This document shows, piece by piece, positions 62,301 to 64,000 of a stretch of 64,000 nucleotides of DNA. How positions within the stretch are numbered: the stretch's first letter is position 1; every line of letters starts with the position of its first letter. Under the pieces are notes generated by a model. The model had not been told where the DNA came from. It saw nothing but the letters and a program-made list of their open reading frames with translations, and searched no databases. Made by a program: the position numbers and the translations under genes. The stretch is from the IMG/VR virus record IMGVR_UViG_3300020558_000217, positions 1 through 64,000 of that record. One strand, 5' to 3'. The DNA is from a virus.

Positions 62301-62622
62301 TACTTTTCACACAGCAGGTTCGGCTCTGTTTGGTAAATATGAATTACAACCTTTTGTGATGGCAAGTAACATAGAGTTAAATATCGATACTCTCGCTAAT
62401 ACGGCTTGGCCGCTTTGGCTAACTTGTGATATCGCAGACCCAAGAATTAGAGCGGACGTGTATCTTGAAGAACTCGCCAACGGGTATCCGCTCCCTGGCG
62501 TTATACTTACTGTAGACCAATTCACATTTTCTAATAATTATTTTGGATGTGATATAAATACAGTATACGCTGACAGCACAGAAATAACTTCTGACAGATT
62601 CTCAGAAGATTTACCAACATAA
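59302..62622 (+). CDS. 7: Baseplate wedge gp7-like with inserted repeats
   Basis: QFPQFY, YRSKGT, SDGKW, IQDSYYYQDYSY, HTAG. Confidence 0.8.
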   Translation: MDPKIEKTISNFVQNQFPQFYQEEGENFILFVKTYFEWMETEGQPIREARQLFEYRDIDTTIERFLEYFQKKYLYGIPFNIIANKRFLLKHILNVYRSKGTIQGYKLLFRLIYNEDVDVYLPGKDVLRVSDGKWVEPKYLELSWSPILDSLIGKTIYGVSSGTSAVVERIVKERFNKDEIYVMYINDVGPKGGDFIVSEKIVDNQFKSNSELVSLSPTVLGSLDRLDVFNSGNSFNVGDVLKIAYKDLDTNEIDSFGDQGLIVVTSLFRGFGSLNFNIRNGGFGFTANAAIFLYKNILDQTGQGASFNIKIADVRRLTYNTDLFLDFMDLQLDEIYGFSKYQNANSASTLDECFSYDTNDFGRIAALTNVLTGNGYIAPANVFIRSTYRSKNIPGRLTWYNSNDFINAYSTDVYVNTSFISNNVILIANAVKHYDTNAYVDYIVPAGNTAINGLTANTRYYVKTTNTLGITLSATQGGTTLNINTAVTSNTTERHSFITKALTKSFFANTTSVNNASYSILVTDANTYFYPDDYVYYLVPAGNTGLLGITPNSFYYVESSNSTAITLSDTFTGNSDPIEIATDVILAGETHYLLNDTTRNIYPYVNGYSTQVYANTFSINNTSYAIKIANADIYFSVNDRVYYDVPVGNTAIANLRANSVVYIKTSNSSAITLSNTAGGPVMQIYTSSSGAAETHTIKTAKFSKYFANDDVIYLQSDSTNANTLELAVIRNIISDVSIQLYGFTNSSSTSNSLYGRAVVIMPSQFDVSEFTGRNKITGNSDIFSILSYTYSTLDYTNLANIMKRLDGTINGINDNIEALNSSGNNIVENVSAINSGKAYVEGESVRAYRYGILQVPTVAKGGTGYVNGDTIIFSGGVTETPARGSILTNSQGNVVSVNTAEGAWYGGVGYNSLPEISIRSANNLANGAVLTTNYIPFDTANEIRGLVRKSGIGRGLGYWATTDGLLNSDKVIQDSYYYQDYSYELRTALSLETYKDVFYSTFHTAGSALFGKYELQPFVMASNIELNIDTLANTAWPLWLTCDIADPRIRADVYLEELANGYPLPGVILTVDQFTFSNNYFGCDINTVYADSTEITSDRFSEDLPT

Positions 62623-62643
62623 TTTAGTCATAGGGGATTTAAA

Positions 62644-63228
62644 TTGGCAAGACAAGTAGTAAACGTCGGAAACGACCCAAATGATGGAACTGGAACTCCT
62701 CTTAGAGATGCCATGGTTATCATTAATGATAATTTTTTGGAGCTTTATACTAATCCGGTTGTGAATACTTCAATAACAGTCGGCAATTCTTCAGTAAACA
62801 CTGTTGTGAACTCTACATCTATAGTTTTCGGTAATAACTCTTCTGTCATTAGGATTGGAAACACTTCAATCAATGCTATCGCCAACAGTTCAGGATTCTT
62901 TACAGGGAATGGAACTGTCACAGCAAATTCTATCAGTGTTTCCTCTAATACTATAAATGTTGGATCGTTCACAGCTGCAGCTAATGGGTACACATTTTTA
63001 CCAAACGGTTTCAAATTAAATTATGGTTATGTATTTTGTAATTCTAGCGTAGGCAATGCTACTTTTTCGTCAGCGTTTGCGACAGCGTGTTATGTAGTTA
63101 CGGCCACTTCTAATACAGCAGCAGTTACATATGAACCTGCTGTAGTCGGAACTAATACTACCGTGGCTATTATCAGAACATCAAATACAACAGCCGTAAA
63201 CGTTTATTATATGGCTATAGGAAGATAA
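62644..63228 (+). CDS. Short baseplate/fibre protein with gp9/10-like N-terminus
   Basis: NVG..PNDGTG.PLRDA...IN.NF.ELY; C-terminal NGYTFLPNGFKLNYG. Confidence 0.65.
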   Translation: MARQVVNVGNDPNDGTGTPLRDAMVIINDNFLELYTNPVVNTSITVGNSSVNTVVNSTSIVFGNNSSVIRIGNTSINAIANSSGFFTGNGTVTANSISVSSNTINVGSFTAAANGYTFLPNGFKLNYGYVFCNSSVGNATFSSAFATACYVVTATSNTAAVTYEPAVVGTNTTVAIIRTSNTTAVNVYYMAIGR

Positions 63229-63237
63229 GGCGAATAA

Positions 63238-64000
63238 ATGACAGGAGTATTACAACCTTCTTATAGAAAGGCTCTAATTGATGAAATGTTTGATAACATA
63301 AGATCAAACACTTCATATTATTATGCAGTCGCCTCTAATCCTATATTAAGAGTTGGGCCCCTTCCTAATACTACCCCAGACGACTATAATACTAAATTTG
63401 AAACTGATTGGTTAATGTTATTTGGTAAAAAATTATCAATAACCAATTTTGCTCCATTAGTTGATAATAATCTATGGGCGAATGGTTTTGTCTACAAAAT
63501 GTATGATAATAACGATGTAGATTTATATTCAAACAATAAATTTTATGTTATAAGTCCTCCAGAATTTGATGGTGGAACTTATAACATCTTTAAATGTATG
63601 GACAATGCCAATAATTCTCCTTCTACAGTAAAACCAGCAATAGTACAAGTAACTTCTTTTCAAACTGATGATGGTTATGTTTGGAGATATGTAACTTCTA
63701 TTCCATATAGACTTTATAAAATGTTTGCTACAGACACATATGCACCAGTTTATGCAAACAGTGTTACTACTTTATATGCTAATCAATACTGCGGCGTCGA
63801 AAAGGTAGTCATTACTAATACTGGCTCTGGATACGTAGGATACCATGATGGAACTATCTTATCAGCTAACAGCACAGTTATTCAGGTAGGCAATACAGCA
63901 AGTAATGCTTCGGGTATCTATAACAACAGCGCAATTTATATCTATAATGTCACTTTAACAACTTCTCAAATATTTCAAATATCAGATTATGTATCTAACA
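63238..64000 (+). CDS. 8: Baseplate wedge gp8-like (truncated by window end)
   Basis: ATG at 63238; W..G.VY.MYD, FYV, FKCMDN, STVKP, DGYVWRY. Confidence 0.75.
   Translation, partial: MTGVLQPSYRKALIDEMFDNIRSNTSYYYAVASNPILRVGPLPNTTPDDYNTKFETDWLMLFGKKLSITNFAPLVDNNLWANGFVYKMYDNNDVDLYSNNKFYVISPPEFDGGTYNIFKCMDNANNSPSTVKPAIVQVTSFQTDDGYVWRYVTSIPYRLYKMFATDTYAPVYANSVTTLYANQYCGVEKVVITNTGSGYVGYHDGTILSANSTVIQVGNTASNASGIYNNSAIYIYNVTLTTSQIFQISDYVSN

Noticed and set aside
1-64000. Alternative genetic code, or bacterial chromosome/contamination at the auxiliary genes
   Set aside because: Core genes are intact in the standard code; host-like genes have phage-like AT content and phage promoters and are interleaved with T4-like genes

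Overview
This is a 64 kb, AT-rich segment of a large T4-like myovirus. Core genes include gp41, uvsX, gp43, gp33, gp59, gp32, gp2, gp4 and baseplate gp26/51/48/53/5/25/6/7/8. It encodes a stand-alone pmoC very like Methylocystis-type PmoC and a permuted two-piece (alphaproteobacterial-type) tmRNA, so it is most likely a 'pmoC-phage' of a type II methanotroph. Layout: (1) 1-8.5 kb, late-promoter genes for probable head-packaged proteins plus Dps; (2) 9-14.4 kb, replication; (3) 14.4-24 kb, auxiliary island with ftsH, M15 peptidase, hsp20, pmoC, a plcP-agt-like lipid-remodelling pair, a PRTase and an acyl-CoA dehydrogenase; (4) spanins, holin-like gene and DNA ligase; (5) 27-43 kb, early region of small ORFs with many sigma70-like promoters, GTAAAC boxes and 12-bp-periodic repeats; (6) tmRNA and tRNA-Arg; (7) late transcription/SSB and baseplate genes. 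Best candidates for new biology: a phage phospholipid-to-glycolipid remodelling module next to pmoC, a capsid-targeted nuclease/ligase-like/nucleotidyltransferase set, and several unexplained structured or periodic non-coding elements. All calls come from motif recognition by eye; no database searches were run.
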